A DNA stretch of 64,000 nucleotides from positions 62,001 to 126,000 of the forward strand of contig MCFE01000141.1 of NCBI GenBank assembly GCA_002104905.1, written 5' to 3'. The notes below the pieces were generated by a model. The model searched no databases, had not been told where the DNA came from, and worked only from the letters and a program-made list of their open reading frames with translations. Made by a program: the position numbers and the translations under genes. Below are positions 1-13,149 of this stretch, piece after piece (the stretch's first letter is position 1; every line of letters starts with the position of its first letter). The stretch comes from Basidiobolus meristosporus CBS 931.73 (Eukaryota > Fungi > Basidiobolomycota).

Positions 1-1720
1 TCTAATGATTAGCAGAAATCAGTGATGTTACATTCTTCAGCTCAGAAAGGCATGTGGCAACTAAGTCAAGGCAGCAGAATCAGAGAAAGTGTGTTGCTCT
101 AAATACTGTAAGAGGCCAGAAACTGATCAATGGTATGCAAAGAGAACCAAGCAGATGTACAACAGAAACCAGAATATGCTAAATATACAATTAGAGTAGA
201 ACAGCTGTTAGTAACAGTACAAATGAGTACAAACAACTGCAGTGATGAGCAGCATATTGACTCTTGAGCATTGCAGCATATAAGTGGTATAGAGGGGTAG
301 CTTGGCTAATTAAGGACTATTCTTGCAACAAAAGCTTACTTGGGAAACAGCTCTGACCTGGAAGATGCTGCTAGCAGTACTGTACAGCTAAACATTAGAG
401 ATATCTTAGTGGCTAACAGAGTAAACTGACTGACATAGTTGATGCACCAGAAATATGTAACAACCTACTCACAGTGTGTAAAGCAATACTGAGCAACTGC
501 AGTTTGTATTTCCCAAGCCCATTTGCTCAGTTTTGAGCCAAAATGGGCAAAATTTGCTTTGGAACTCAGAGATCACAATATATATTATCTACAATTAAAG
601 ATCATTGTACCTGAGTATATTGACACAGTTGAAGCTTATGAAGCTGACTGGTAGGTGGGGCATTGGATGCTGGTATATACAGGGTAGTAGTAAATGTGCA
701 ATTAATGCAAACATCTTGCTTTGCACCTAAATTATTCAAATCTGACTAAGTTGAGTGTCTGTCAGGATGCTCATACAGCCATCAAGCTAGGTAGCATTTC
801 AGGAGCTGTCAATACCACCAATATAATGGCTACTGTGCACTCATGCACATGTGGTCCTATGAGACCATTGTCTTTTGGAACTAAGGAATACTTTTATGGC
901 ATCTGTTGATGACAAGAATTGATATGCCTAGCTGTACTTCCAAAAGTCAAAGAATAAGGCTCTGGAGATATATAAGCACTTCACACACATGAAGATGACA
1001 TTTAAGGGATATACTGTTGTAAGTAGCTGGAAGGTACTGCTCATCTACTGGAATACTGCAACAGACCACTTTTACACATACTCCACAGCAAACAAGTAGT
1101 AGAGTGGGCAAAAAGCATAATTATAGCAATAGGGAGATTTAAACAATATGACAAGGAAACTGAACACATATTCAGGGGTAAGTCTGTTGATACCACATTA
1201 TACATTGAAAATAGATGACAAATAACAGAGCTTTGTAACTCTATCAATGTTGCGGTCAAAACAGGCAAGAAGCCAGAGGTGTAGTACCTCCTGATTATTG
1301 GCAGTGATGTGTTCTGTCACATCCAGGACAAAAAACGCTCAAGATTGGAGCCAAAGTACAGAAAAGGAGTCTTTTATGGTATTGCAAGGATACTCAAGGC
1401 TTAGAGTGTAAGAAGGTAAAATGCTCCAGCTGATAAGGAGCAAGGACATTACATTTGAGGATAATCTGATCTGAAAGTCACCAAGACCATTGGTCAGCTG
1501 CCTACATATGCAATTGCCACTGCTGAAGAGTATATATACCTACTATAGCTAGATATGGACGATAATTCTCTCAGTTCCAGTTCATAATAGAATATCTTAG
1601 TTGGGGGTCCCATCACAATAAGCAATGCTCTTGGATCTTGGTGGTGCACTTTCACTTACTATGAAGAAGCTTATCTGGCCCTGCATGCCCAATCACAAAA
1701 TTCACAACAGGCAATGCAAA
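1..1720 (+). mobile_element. Degenerate Ty1/Copia pol relic (protease, GAG-pre-integrase, integrase, retroviral SH3-like region); not Copia-A
   Basis: Broken motifs: ATT GAC TCT TGA GCA (IDS*A, DSGA-like) near 255; HSCTCGPMRPLSFGTKEYF in ORF 721-909 (HSDICGP-like integrase start); GSDVFCHIQDKKRSRLEPK near 1300. Many stops. Ends approximate. Confidence 0.75.
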
Positions 1721-1989
1721 GTCTGGATGCTACAATGTTGCCATAGTCTGCTGCTTGAATAATTAAACTAGATCAGTTTAAAGGTGAATCAATCCATTTG
1801 TGGACCCTATCCATATTCTAGTGTAGACTATCAAATCCGTAGTATTAATCAGCATATGAATCAGCAAATCATTGTCACACAGAAATGGGTATATTAAATA
1901 GGTTTTAATTTGGTGATAAAGATGCTATCAAATAAATCTTCAGCCTTGCCTACATGAGGAACAACAATTAGTCAGCACTTGATCAGGCA

Positions 1990-4150
1990 AAATGTATATA
2001 AGGAACTATATCTATTAGTATAAAGGTCAGCTTGGATAAGTTGCAAGAATGGACCCCTTTGTTCAAGTTGAATACCTTGTTGTTAGGTTGAACAAAAGAG
2101 CTTGCAAGAGAGTGAATTATTGGGGACCTCAGACAATTAGAGAAGCCACCAATGTTGCTGCTGACTAAAACTTGATTATTTTTGGGGTTGCAAAGCCTAC
2201 AGTAACTAATCAGAAAGGCTGCAATCACTATGAAAGAAGACAATGAGAGACATAGCCAATGGAAATAGATGCTATGCAAAAGCATCCTGTCTGGGAATAA
2301 TACAAGAAGATAGGACTTTATTATGATTGCCACCAGTAAGGGCATAACCCACATTGCTGCTCTTTAATAACAAATAGTCAGCAGTTAACAAGAATTTTCA
2401 GCCATGTCAAACACCTTGAGCATAGTAATATGAAGTAATAACTTGAAGATAACTTTAAACTCACCTCCCATATGACAGAAGAATACTTATTGCAAATGTC
2501 CTTAAGCTCAGGAATGCTTTTATACTGGAAGAGAGTACTCAATGGAATACAAGCAAAGTTCATGATTGACTTAGGAGCAACACATCAGTACATGTCAGAG
2601 TTGTTTTGCTTGAATACTCCTATTAACTTGGAGCCTATAAAATTTGCTTTGGTCACAACAGCTCATAGGAACTGTCATATAATCAACTGTTTTACTCTGC
2701 ATGTAAAAATGAAGATCAGTGGCTATGAAGAGGACCTACATGCCCATATAGTTTGGAACTGCAAGTTTGACCTGGTACTTGGAAAGACCTGGCTATTTTG
2801 CTGCAATTCATCATCAACTGGAGAGCCTATTAGACTGGAATCCAAAAGGACAACAAGACCATTGAGTCATAACCTGCAGACTGAATTGCAGCTTGGTCAA
2901 TTCCAGTATGCTTCATGCAAGTAAACTTAGCAAGAAACAGTTTGATAGAGCACTAAGGAACCTGGATGAACAAGCCATTCCTGATCAGGTGGCTAGATTT
3001 ATCTAGCAGATAATTCAAGATGAAGCCAACAGGTTTGTAGTGCAGGATGAAACACTGCTAAAACACTGATGAAAGCCCTATTAGTTATTGCTCCTACATT
3101 ATTTGCCTGGGATTAGTACATTAGCCTTTCAATGAATCTGGACATCTTGGAATTGAAGGAACCTATGGCCTTGTGAAACAAGGAGCATGGTTGACCAGAA
3201 TGCAACAAGCTAGTGAAAAGCCAGTGAAACATGCTTTGACTGCAAAGTTAACCAAGACCAACAACTAATTATTGCCAAACTTGTTCTCTCAGAACTTGTG
3301 AGTCCCAAAGTGATATCAAGAATTGGCTTTGTTGGAAGACTGCCCACCACTGAGTATGCAATGGGTGGACCCTGGTAGCAGATGACCATTCCATTAAATA
3401 GCTAGTTGCAAAAGCTCCACCAGTAGCCAGTGAGCAAGAAGCTGCAAGTTCTATCCACTATGGTATCCTGATGAAGGTTGGATGCCCTGAGTAAGTTCTA
3501 TATGACAGAGGAGCAAATGATGTGGCAAAGACATTGAAACTTACCCAGAAATACAGTAGATCATACACTTGAAGACTTTGGCATCTCACCCAGCAAGCAA
3601 TAGAGCCACCAAGCATATTAATTGTTTATTAAGAGAAGTGCTAACTGAGTATGCATATGGAGCTTGTAATAGATGGGATCAGTAAACAGATCAAGAGCCA
3701 TTGGCCTGCCAAATTAAAGTGCACATCACCACTCAAACAATGGCTATTATACTTAGTGGATAGATGTGGGCCTAGTGTTGCTGGAGATCTTAAATAGCCA
3801 AGGATTACAGAAGCTTTGTACTACAAACTCAGATAACCAAGTAGATGCCAACAACTGGAACACATTTTTCATAAGGCACAGATTCAAGTGTCCAAAGTTG
3901 CAGTAAAGATAAAAACAAGACTTGATATGACTATAATTTCATAAATATTGACAGCTGGAAGTTTGTACTGCTGACATGCAACACCTAAGGAAACTTGAGT
4001 AATAATTGACAGGACCACTTAAGAACATCAGATAATGACCATTTGAGACTTATCATCCAGTGGATAAATTAGGGAACATAAAGTAAGATTTTGTCTATAG
4101 TGACAAACTTGAGTTTGGATTACCTGCCAGTAATTCTTAACAGTACAAAT
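1990..4150 (+). mobile_element. Degenerate Ty3/Gypsy relic (aspartic protease, integrase, possible chromodomain remnant)
   Basis: ORF 2472-2924 has FMIDLGATHQYMS and DLVLGKTWL (gypsy protease LIDSGAT / DLILGMPWL pattern). GCPE-VLYDRG near 3480 matches the integrase GxPxxIxSDRG motif. A weak VDK-IREHKV remnant lies near 4060. Ends approximate. Confidence 0.7.
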
Positions 4151-4339
4151 GCTGCTATTACAAGAAAGGGATCTAGGAGAACTCTCTCAGCTCTAGCACA
4201 GGAGAATGCTATGAGTTGCCACTTGAATGTTTAAATTCAATTTTTTTAGTAAAATCAACTAGTTGTTTGGTGGGCCAGTGAGAGTATCAAGTTATTTATC
4301 AAGTCAGTAGTATTAGTTGGCAGATGTATCAGCAATCCC

Positions 4340-6640
4340 TTATCAGTCAGAGTTGGATATACTAAGTAGGCTCCAATTGGGTAATGACAAGGCAATCAAA
4401 TGTGTCATCAAGCAAAACCTACATTAGAAAATGCAGTTAGTCAGCATTTGATCTAACAAAATATTTACAAGGAGCTGCTACAACATCAGTCACTATCAGT
4501 TGAAATCTTGGTAAGCACAATAGTTGCTATATCCCTATTCCTTTACAGCTCTTACACCAGGTCTTGTAAAAGTGGTGTGGCAAATATTTCTGCAATCATT
4601 TTATCCGGTGAACAGTAAGCTGAGTTATTTTTCTGTAGTATCAAATATGATATATTGTCAAATATCTATGTGTTTAGTTCCAGCATAAAAAGTTGCATTT
4701 CTATCTGATTGTTTACTTCACAGCTTATCTCAGAATAGCATAACAGGGGGATTTTGACTTAAGCCAAACTCACCAAAGTACTTTGTTAGCCATGTTGCAT
4801 CTTGTGTATTTTTGCAGCCTGCCATAAACTCTTCTTTGGTGAAAGAAAGTGCTACAGTATATTGCTTTCTTGAGCTCCATGATATTGTGTCTTTGCAGTC
4901 AAGAAAGAAAGGTGGGTCCTGTGGTCCCCACTCAGCATTTGGGCACCTTACAAGAACCTGTTCTGAGTCTTCATTGATCTATCTTTGGCAGATATAAGCA
5001 GCTCCTCTGGGTATCCCATGCTCTGCTCAAGTACTGCAAAATAAATAGATCCATAGTTCTGGTTGTGCTGACTGAAAATCCCACTGAATAAAAGAAACCT
5101 GCACATGTTCCAAGCATGATATGCACCAGAATCCTGATTGCAGATCAGTATGGGAACACTGGGCTTTCAGATAACACCAAGCTCTCTTGATATGGTTAAA
5201 GCTTCAACAAGCTGAGATTAGTATCCATCAAAGTAGCTGCCAGTTTGAAGCCATCCATTTGGTACTCCTTGGGTATATGTGGTATATGTTTAGACAGGCT
5301 TAGGGTGATAATCTGGGTACTCTTTTCCATGACAAGCTTAATCCCCAAATATCTATTATGCTCTCCAAGATTTTATATTTTGGACTCCTAAGATAGGTAG
5401 GATTTAATAACTTCTATTGTGACTTCATTATTGATGTGTAAGATAAGATCATCCACATATAGAGCAAGTAGAGCTGGGTTTTCTTTGGTTGGGCTTACAG
5501 TAGATTCAATAGTTGGCAATACATCTCTGGAGGCTCAGCAATTCCCAATCAGAGTTTATCTTTCAATTCAGGGCACTCAATGATTGCTTAGACTATATAG
5601 AAGTTTGTTAAGCTTTCAGACCAGCTGGGTGGCTATCTTGGTCAACAGGCCTATCAGGCTGATGAGTGTACACAACCTCATCAAGTTCTCAACTCAAGAT
5701 GACATTTATACATCCATCTGATAATTAAACTTTTATTGGGCTGCAGGAGCCAACCATAGTCTGGAGGAATTAAGCTTAGCTACCAATACAAAAACTTCAG
5801 CGTAGTCCAGTCCTTTGATCTAAGTGTATCCTCTGGACACAAGTCTTGCCCTACATCTTTCAACTGTACCAACAGTGTAATATCATCTCTTGAAGACCCA
5901 TCTGAATCCAATCCATCATTGGTTAATTGGCCATTTGATCAATCCCCAGGATAGATTTCCAACAGAGCCTGATACCCCTCCAAAATTGCAGATCTCCAAA
6001 GCTTTGTCTGAGAGCTACAGATGGCCTATTCTACAGTCTGAGGCTAATTGAATTGGACTGAATAGGCACAAGCTCAGTTTGTCCTCTCATTGATATAATG
6101 ATTTGGGCTATTTATAGTGAGTTTAGATCTCCTGCCATTCAATAGGGATATGATCCCTTCTGGGATGCTCAAGGGCACTAAATTAGGCTGAATTATGATT
6201 GCAGAGTCCTCCAGAATAGAAATGGTTTTATTATCTTGCTCTGAATCAAGTTTCACTATATTTGGACTTCAGATGCACCTTTTCATCCACAAATATCACT
6301 TTTGTGGATATCTTAAGCCTTAGGCAATAAGCACATCCCAGGACCTGAGTGCTTCTTGCGTTGGGATTACCAAGTCTGTATGCCTTACTCATACTGCAAT
6401 TGTACAGAATGTGGATTTAAATTCTTCTGCTCAAATATTATCTGTTTTTCAGGTAGTTTCTATGCATATGCTGTGCAATCAAATATTTTTATGTGCACTG
6501 CACATGGTTTGCATTTTGTGCCATACTCAAAAAGGAGTAGAATTACAAAGCTTCCTGCTATAAACCTTGTTTCAAGATATACAGCTGAAGCAAATGACTC
6601 TGTCCATAAGTCATAGAATAATTTTTGCTCATCACCTATG
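4340..6640 (-). mobile_element. Degenerate Copia pol relic (integrase C-terminus, RT, RNase H), an old relative of Copia-A
   Basis: Minus strand SWSSRKQYTVALSFTKE (RNase H) near 4830-4880. ORF 6074-6256 resembles the Copia-A INT-RT linker (DSEQDNK...SPNHYINE). SKAYRL-type SH3 motif near 6380. Confidence 0.8.
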
Positions 6641-7053
6641 TACCTTCCTGTTGTAATTATTAAGTTATCACCTGAATATTCTTGCTAACTTACTCACATA
6701 GATCTTATTATTTGATTAGCATTCTGTCCTGACCAGATTCTATTGTGTTGTATTATGATTAGTTTGGGGCTTGTTCTACAATGTAGAGGCTAATCAACAA
6801 TATACAACAACTTCCAGTATGCTAATACTAAAATAGTTTATTGGTAGTTAGATATACCGATAGAAGATATAACTTTCACTAATTTCCTCAATCTTGGGCT
6901 CAAAATATACTGTAGGCCGTGTTTATCACTTCTACAACAGTGTTCTGACCTTCTGTTGACTAATGGGCTTATTTACTTTTATAGTAACTTTTCCTTATTT
7001 GGAAGTCACTTTCCTTTCTGAGAAAATATTTCCTAATATGGAAATTCTGAACT

Positions 7054-7305
7054 CCCCTTTAACCTAAAGGGGTGTGTTGTAGAAGTCTCTAAAGGGGTCT
7101 TTAGACCTAAAGGGGTGTCTAAAGGGGTGTCTAAAGGGGTGTCTTTAGAGTAAAGGGGCTTCTTGTAGTGGTCTCTAAAGTGGACTTTACACTAAAGGGG
7201 TGCCTAAAGGGGCTTCTTTAGAGTAAAGGGGTTTCTTAAAGGGGTCTCTAAAGGGGTCTTTAGACTAAAGGGGTGTCTTTAGAGTAAAGGGGTTTCTTAG
7301 AGGGT
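7054..7305. repeat. G-rich degenerate minisatellite with core TAAAGGGG (13 GGGG tracts), headed by a perfect hairpin CCCCTTTA-ACC-TAAAGGGG
   Basis: Direct count of AAAGGGG units; stem arms at 7054-7061 and 7065-7072. Confidence 0.9.
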
Positions 7306-7517
7306 ACTTTTCCGACAGAAAAGTGGTAGTTTCTTGTAGAACTTAGATTGGATTCTTGCGAGCTTTGCAGTCTCTTTACTGATGTAGTACTGATCAAAGT
7401 CAGAATACTCAACAGTGCAAGTGATGCAGGGGAAGTCTTATAACCTTTAAACTTGTAATTGTAGTGTGGAGATTCTGGAAAGAGAGGCTCTCTCTTTATT
7501 TTTCAGCTGGGGAAGTC

Positions 7518-7673
7518 ATATATATGAAAATCTTGAAGGATCAAAGTTTTTGGGCGATTGCGCAAGCAATACATGTGATACAAAGCCAAAATTTGCAGTG
7601 GCGCAGATCGGATATAGGCGCAGCACCTGTGAAAATTTCACGTGATTTGATTGGCTGGTTCAAAAGTTACACG
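7518..7673 (-). promoter_or_regulatory. Promoter-like patch that retains CpG (CCAAT, CACGTG, TATA-like ATATATAT)
   Basis: 7 CpG in 7555-7673 against near-absence around it; ATTGG at 7650-7654, CACGTG at 7639-7644, ATATATAT at 7518-7525. Confidence 0.35.
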
Positions 7674-8461
7674 CAATTAAAGTCACCATAGTAATCCTAG
7701 CAATAAGGCATAGTATATATAATAGTTGGACTCTTTTGGTCATAACTCCTTAAGTACTGCTTCAAATGAGCTGTAATTTGCAACATGTGTTGGCTACTAA
7801 GTGTTCTGTATGACATAATATTCTTGGGCGGATTGCTTGTCAGGGTCTGGAGCATTTGTTCATCAAGGTTGGAAATTCTTGATCTTTCACTTGTGTGTTA
7901 CAATAGCAAAAAAAACAAAATAAAGAAATGAGTGCAATATTGGTTTAGAGATATTGTAGTAATGGAATACTTTCCATTACCACAATTCCTTGTCAGGATT
8001 GACTTGGAATATTTTCACCAAATTATCAGGTATCCAGATTATGATCTTTCTCAAAGTTGTCCAAAAGCCTGCAAACTTTACACACATATTCTTGGGACCT
8101 TGCTTAACAGACTCTACATATTTGTTTGCTCTGCTTTATCAAAATTATAAATACTATACTTTTGATCAATAAATCTACAAGTAAATAACATATAAATCCT
8201 CTAGTTCTCCACATCACCCAATACTCTTCAAAAATTGCAACAGGCTATGAGCCCCCAGCTTGCTGCTCTTTTGGTCTCTACTTTGCCTTGGATCCTTTTT
8301 TGCCAGTCTGGAGAACAGCTTTCCGCACCATTGCTCTGCTAAAGTTAGAGAAGGCTACAGCTGCTTATAGGACTTTGTCCATGAGGATGTTGCTGTGGAG
8401 AAGAAGGCCTTTTCCATAAAAAGACTCATTCATTAACTACTCAAGCTAGTTATGAAGGAGC

Positions 8462-8830
8462 TGTTGCAATTTAAGAAGTGATTTGGATATAAGGAAATTA
8501 TCAAGGAATAGTGCTAATGCTTGAACTGTTGTTTATTAATAAAGAAGCTCAGTATTTATACCCTTGTAGAAGTAATACAGCTGTAACACCAAGTAAGGAG
8601 GGTTTCTCAATATTCAGGAGCTTTCTGTAAAAGTTTCAGGGTTAGTACATAATAGTTAGTATAAATGCTAATTTGATCCTGACTGTAGGGGAATAATCAT
8701 AGGATCATAGATCTGAAGAAAGTGGCAAAGTTAGAACTGTAAACTAGTCCCACAGTGACCAAGACTAGTCCAGAATTGTTAAGTAAATTTTTAGCTGCAG
8801 AATGATACCAAATAGCTCAATATTTCAACA
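8462..8830. mobile_element. Solo LTR, family B (369 bp)
   Basis: TGTTGC...TTCAACA ends; flanks GGAGC/GGAGA; reverse-complement homologue at 9925-10293. Confidence 0.7.
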
Positions 8831-9292
8831 GGAGAGTCTTACAAGCTGCATGTAAATATGCCAATAAATAGAGTACATTGGTTCTCTACCACTACCAAAG
8901 AAAATTGCATAATTCCAGCAACTGAGGGTCCAGATCTACAATTAAATATAATGCTAAATGTATTTGCATAGCCTCAATTGACTGTTGGATGAACCTTTGC
9001 ATAGGATACTATCCTGAATTGCAAAAAAAATGGATCATTAATAAATGATTACTGGAGGAAGATCTTACCCAATATGTTGCCACTCAGAGTAAAACTGAGA
9101 TTGCATATACTGGAGCTGCTAGATGCTACTTTGGGCTACCTATTAATAGAAAGATATCTCAGAAGCCAGCTCCCTCAACTGTAAGGATCACTCTGTTTAA
9201 GTCCCAAAACAGTGGGAGAAATTATTAGACAAATTTAGCAAAGTAAACTCAGGAATACTATACAACCAGCCTGAAAGAGTGAAGCAAATGAT

Positions 9293-9402
9293 TGCAAGCC
9301 TGATAGGTGTAAACAGCCAAGCAACAGTTGGCCAGTATACCACTGCAAGCCTGATAGGAGTAAACAACCAAGCAACAGTTGGCCAGTATACAACTACAAG
9401 CC
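9293..9402 (+). repeat. 51-bp tandem duplication (2 copies plus a partial)
   Basis: TGCAAGCCTGATAGG...GGCCAGTATACCAC starts at 9293 and again at 9344; gives ASLIGVNxQATVGQYTT twice in ORF 9279-9554. Confidence 0.9.
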
Positions 9403-9924
9403 ACTCAGAGGATAACCTTGTACTTTTTACTTGTTATATATATGTCACTTATTACAATGGGAGAAAACGCTTGGTGACATGTGATTCTCTGGATCAGATC
9501 AAAAGAAGTGTGATTGACCAAGTTATTGCCAAGCTCTGCAACTCAAAAAGCTGATGTATCAGAGTCTGTTGCCAAAGCACTAATGAAATTAGCTTTCAGA
9601 TGTAGTTTACTTGATCAAATTGGGACAAATCTATCAATCGTTATGATTGATCTTCATGGATGCTGATCTTGATTATATCACTCTCAAATAGTCAAATATT
9701 CTAAATAAATGATGTCATGAGGGGTACTATGCTCAAACATACCATGGTCCCACCTGTAAGGAAGTTCAGAACCATCCCACAAAAGGAACTTCCCTTGGAT
9801 CATCAGCAGAAAAAGTAAAAGATGAAAAAATGGGAAAATACTACCACCACAAATCAGAGTACTTCCCAAATGGAGCCAAATCCTATCTAGGCTATGTTTG
9901 GACTATCTGACTATGCAGATATAT

Positions 9925-10293
9925 TGCTGAAACATAGGACTATTTGGTATCATTCAGCAGCTGAACATTTACTTAGCAATTCTATCCTAATCTTGGTCAC
10001 TCTAGGACTTATTTGCAGCCCCAGCTTAGCCAGTTTCTTGACATCTATGATCATATGATTATTCCCATATAGTGAATATCAAATTAACACTTTTTACCAA
10101 ACTTTATATACTAACCCTGAAACTGTAACAGAATGCTCTTGAATGTGAAGAAGCCCTCCTTACCTAGTTTTACAGCTGTATTGCTTCTACAAAGGTATAA
10201 ATACTGATCCTCTTTATGAATAAACAATAGTTCAACTATTAGCACTATATCTTGATAAATCCCTATATCCAAATTACTTCTTAAATTCCAACA
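9925..10293. mobile_element. Solo LTR, family B (369 bp), inverted relative to 8462-8830
   Basis: Its reverse complement aligns end to end with 8462-8830; ends TGCTG...CCAACA. Confidence 0.7.
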
Positions 10294-11485
10294 TATGCTT
10301 CATGAACCCTCTTGTACAAATTTCCCAAGCCAGAAACCCCAGAAGAGCCTTGAAACTTCAGCAGGATCTGTCAGATATTGTAGCATATATTGCAGCTGAT
10401 TATTAAATACAAAAGTCTTGATGTCTACTGTCTATGGAGCTGAAAGAAAAAGATGTAATGGTCAACTGGATGGTTTTTGTGGATTCTGAAGACACTGAGA
10501 AGCTCAGCTAGTGTTGCATAGCAAGCTCAAGGTTGAAAATAACTATCAGGAGAATAAGAACAATCATAGCTTCTGTCAAGGTGAATCTCACTTCTGGAAA
10601 AGCCCCAATCTCTAATCTACAAGTATATGCTTATAAGACAAAAGCAGCTACATCAGTCCATATCAGTAGTAGCACCATAAAGAGAGCTGTTAAATAACCA
10701 ATGGTACTTTCTGATACCAAACTAGGAGAAGTCAAGGAGCAAATGGACATTGAATCTACTGTAGATGAAGTAATCTATTAAAAGAAAGTTATTGCTACTA
10801 AAGGAAGACAAAGATGACTACTCTTGATCATATTTGTAGGCCTTAATCACTAAACAGACGTTGTTCAAGTGGGAGCTGGCCATCTCTGCCCAGAGTTGAG
10901 CAAAAACCTTTTTTTTAGCCATGTTGTATGTGCCATGACGTCAAGAAATGCGGATAATCTGCATCAGGTGTAAACAAAAAAATCTTAACTTGGCCCAATA
11001 TAGTTCATCTCTTTTACCTTGTATAGAGTCTATATGATGGAAGTGACTATCTCTGAGTCTAATATGGCCATACAGTGAAGTTGACTTTTGCCTGGAAATA
11101 AGGAAGCTCCAGATCAGCTGTAAATGACAAAACCTTTACTTCAACAAGTGTCAGCCAATTTTGCTCAAATAAGAAGCATTGAATTGCCCAGAGGCTGTAA
11201 TTTTTGATTGCAATCTGACAGTTAGACTCAGATTACTGTTCAAGCCTGTTCAACTGATGAAAGCAATGATTAGTATTTTGATCAGATCATTCCAATTCTG
11301 TGGAGTACTATCAATTAGATAAGCACATTGCGTTACAAGTTTCTTATTCAATTAAGTTGAACACAAATGCACACACTGTTGAATAATATATCAGTCCTGT
11401 ATGCAACACAGTTAAATCTTATACTCTTATTACAGAGTGCACATTTTGGGTATTTTTTACTCATGAATACTTTGTTGAGAGCAAG

Positions 11486-11834
11486 TGTTCTAATTATTAA
11501 GTTGTCACCTAAATATTCATACTGGCATAGTCACATAGATCTTATTCATTGATTAGCATTCTGTCCTGACCAAACTTCTTATTTGGATTTACCTAAAATA
11601 TTTTCACCAAATTAGCAGGTACTCAGAGTATGATCTTTCTGAAAGTTGTCCAAAAGCCCCCTTACTTTGCTCACATATTCTTGGGACCTTCCTTAACAAA
11701 CTCCACATATTTGTTTTCTCTGCTTCATCAAGATTATAAGTACCATGCTATTGATCAATAAATCTGCAAGTCAATAATATGTAAATCCTATAGTATTCCA
11801 CATCACTTTCAATACTCCTCAGAATATTGCAACA
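11486..11834 (+). mobile_element. Old Copia-A-like solo LTR (349 bp)
   Basis: TGTTCTAA...ATTGCAACA; colinear with the Copia-A LTR (AAAGTTGTCCAAA, CTTGGGACCTT); no PBS and no matching TSD. Confidence 0.75.
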
Positions 11835-13149
11835 CTTTCGATATCAGCTATTTTTCTATGCACACATTCACACAGCTCATTTTGCTGTGGGGAGTATTGT
11901 TTACTATTTTTTGCTCTATTTGTTAATTTTGCATAAATGAGTGAGAGTTCCAAACTCTATCCATTACAATAGTTGGATGTAATTTCCTGATTTTTCCCTA
12001 GTTTCTGTCTTTGTTGTTATTTGAACCCCTTGAGCTAAGACTGTGTCTTACTTTTCTTTCCATTAAGTGGACCTGCTAGAGATGATCAAATACTTTAACC
12101 TGCTTAAGGATTACTTTAGCATAGGCTAACACAGAATGGGGTGATTTGGATCTAGTTTTGTCTTTGTTTTGATTGACCCAGAGCTCTTCTGCAGTGGTCT
12201 GACTTGTTTCCTATATAGGTGGTCCTCACAGTACTCCAAATTTGTGGGGATGAATTTTTACTCCAGAATATAGCTGATCTTTGGTCATTTTGCGGAAATA
12301 ACCAGAATGATATGTCCAGATCATATGTGTCAAGCAGTTGTGTTTCATCACCCACGTCATTTATTTTGACTTCTAAATATAATGGAGTATTTTTCAGGCC
12401 ATATTTGACTTGTTCCATTGTACTGTGCCAGCATGCATGGTGCAATCCATGGTCTCTAAGAGCAATTGGGTGCAATATTATAGCAACCAGTAGTCAGGAT
12501 TGCTCTTGGACAATTTTGCACCATGTTGGACAATCTTGCACACTATGGCGCAATCAGACACAATGAGGTTGGCATGGATGATTGTGCCAACATGTAAAGT
12601 TTACATCATGTGCGCAATCCAATACCACTATAATGGTAGGTGAAATCCAGTATTTGGATGTGTTTCTTTAATGTAAATAGAAATAAATGCATACCACACT
12701 GTAGACTTCACTGATACTTACCATTTTGGTTACCATCACTCCAATTGGGTGGTATCTCAGTGGTTAATTGGTCCAAAAGTATCTTGAGGCTGTCAGCCCC
12801 CAATTGGCTCTTTGAACAATACACAAGCTACCTGATTTGCCATCAATATCCAATTTTTCCATCAAGCAAGAAAATCCTTGATGCCAGTGATTTGACAAGA
12901 TGTCAAAGCTAACACACAACCAATTGAATAGGTGCAAAATGGATTAAATGGCTGCACTGGTGTAACAAATGATGTATATATATGCAGGGTGTTTATTTGT
13001 AGGGGTTTGGTCCCAAATGTGAGAAGTCCATCATATTATTTATATCGGATATTTGAAGCAATTGGTAGTGATTCATTTAGCGCACCTAAATTACTTCCTT
13101 GTTAACTATCCTCTTAGCTTCTTGTGTATTTGTAGTCAGTATTTTGCCT

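Larger units (their letters stand above)
6649..8242 (+). mobile_element. Old Copia-A-like LTR split by a ~1.24-kb insert (LTR parts 6649-~6740 and ~7981-8242), followed by PBS GGCTATGAGCCC at 8243-8254
   Basis: 6649 TGTTGTAATTATTAAG... matches the start of the LTR at 11486; 7981-8242 matches the remainder and ends TTGCAACA plus PBS. Confidence 0.65.

Noticed and set aside
11840-13100. ORFs 12152-12475 and 12219-12566 with Cys/His-rich neighbours
   Set aside because: CpG-depleted and stop-ridden; I could not match any transposase or gag motif with confidence.
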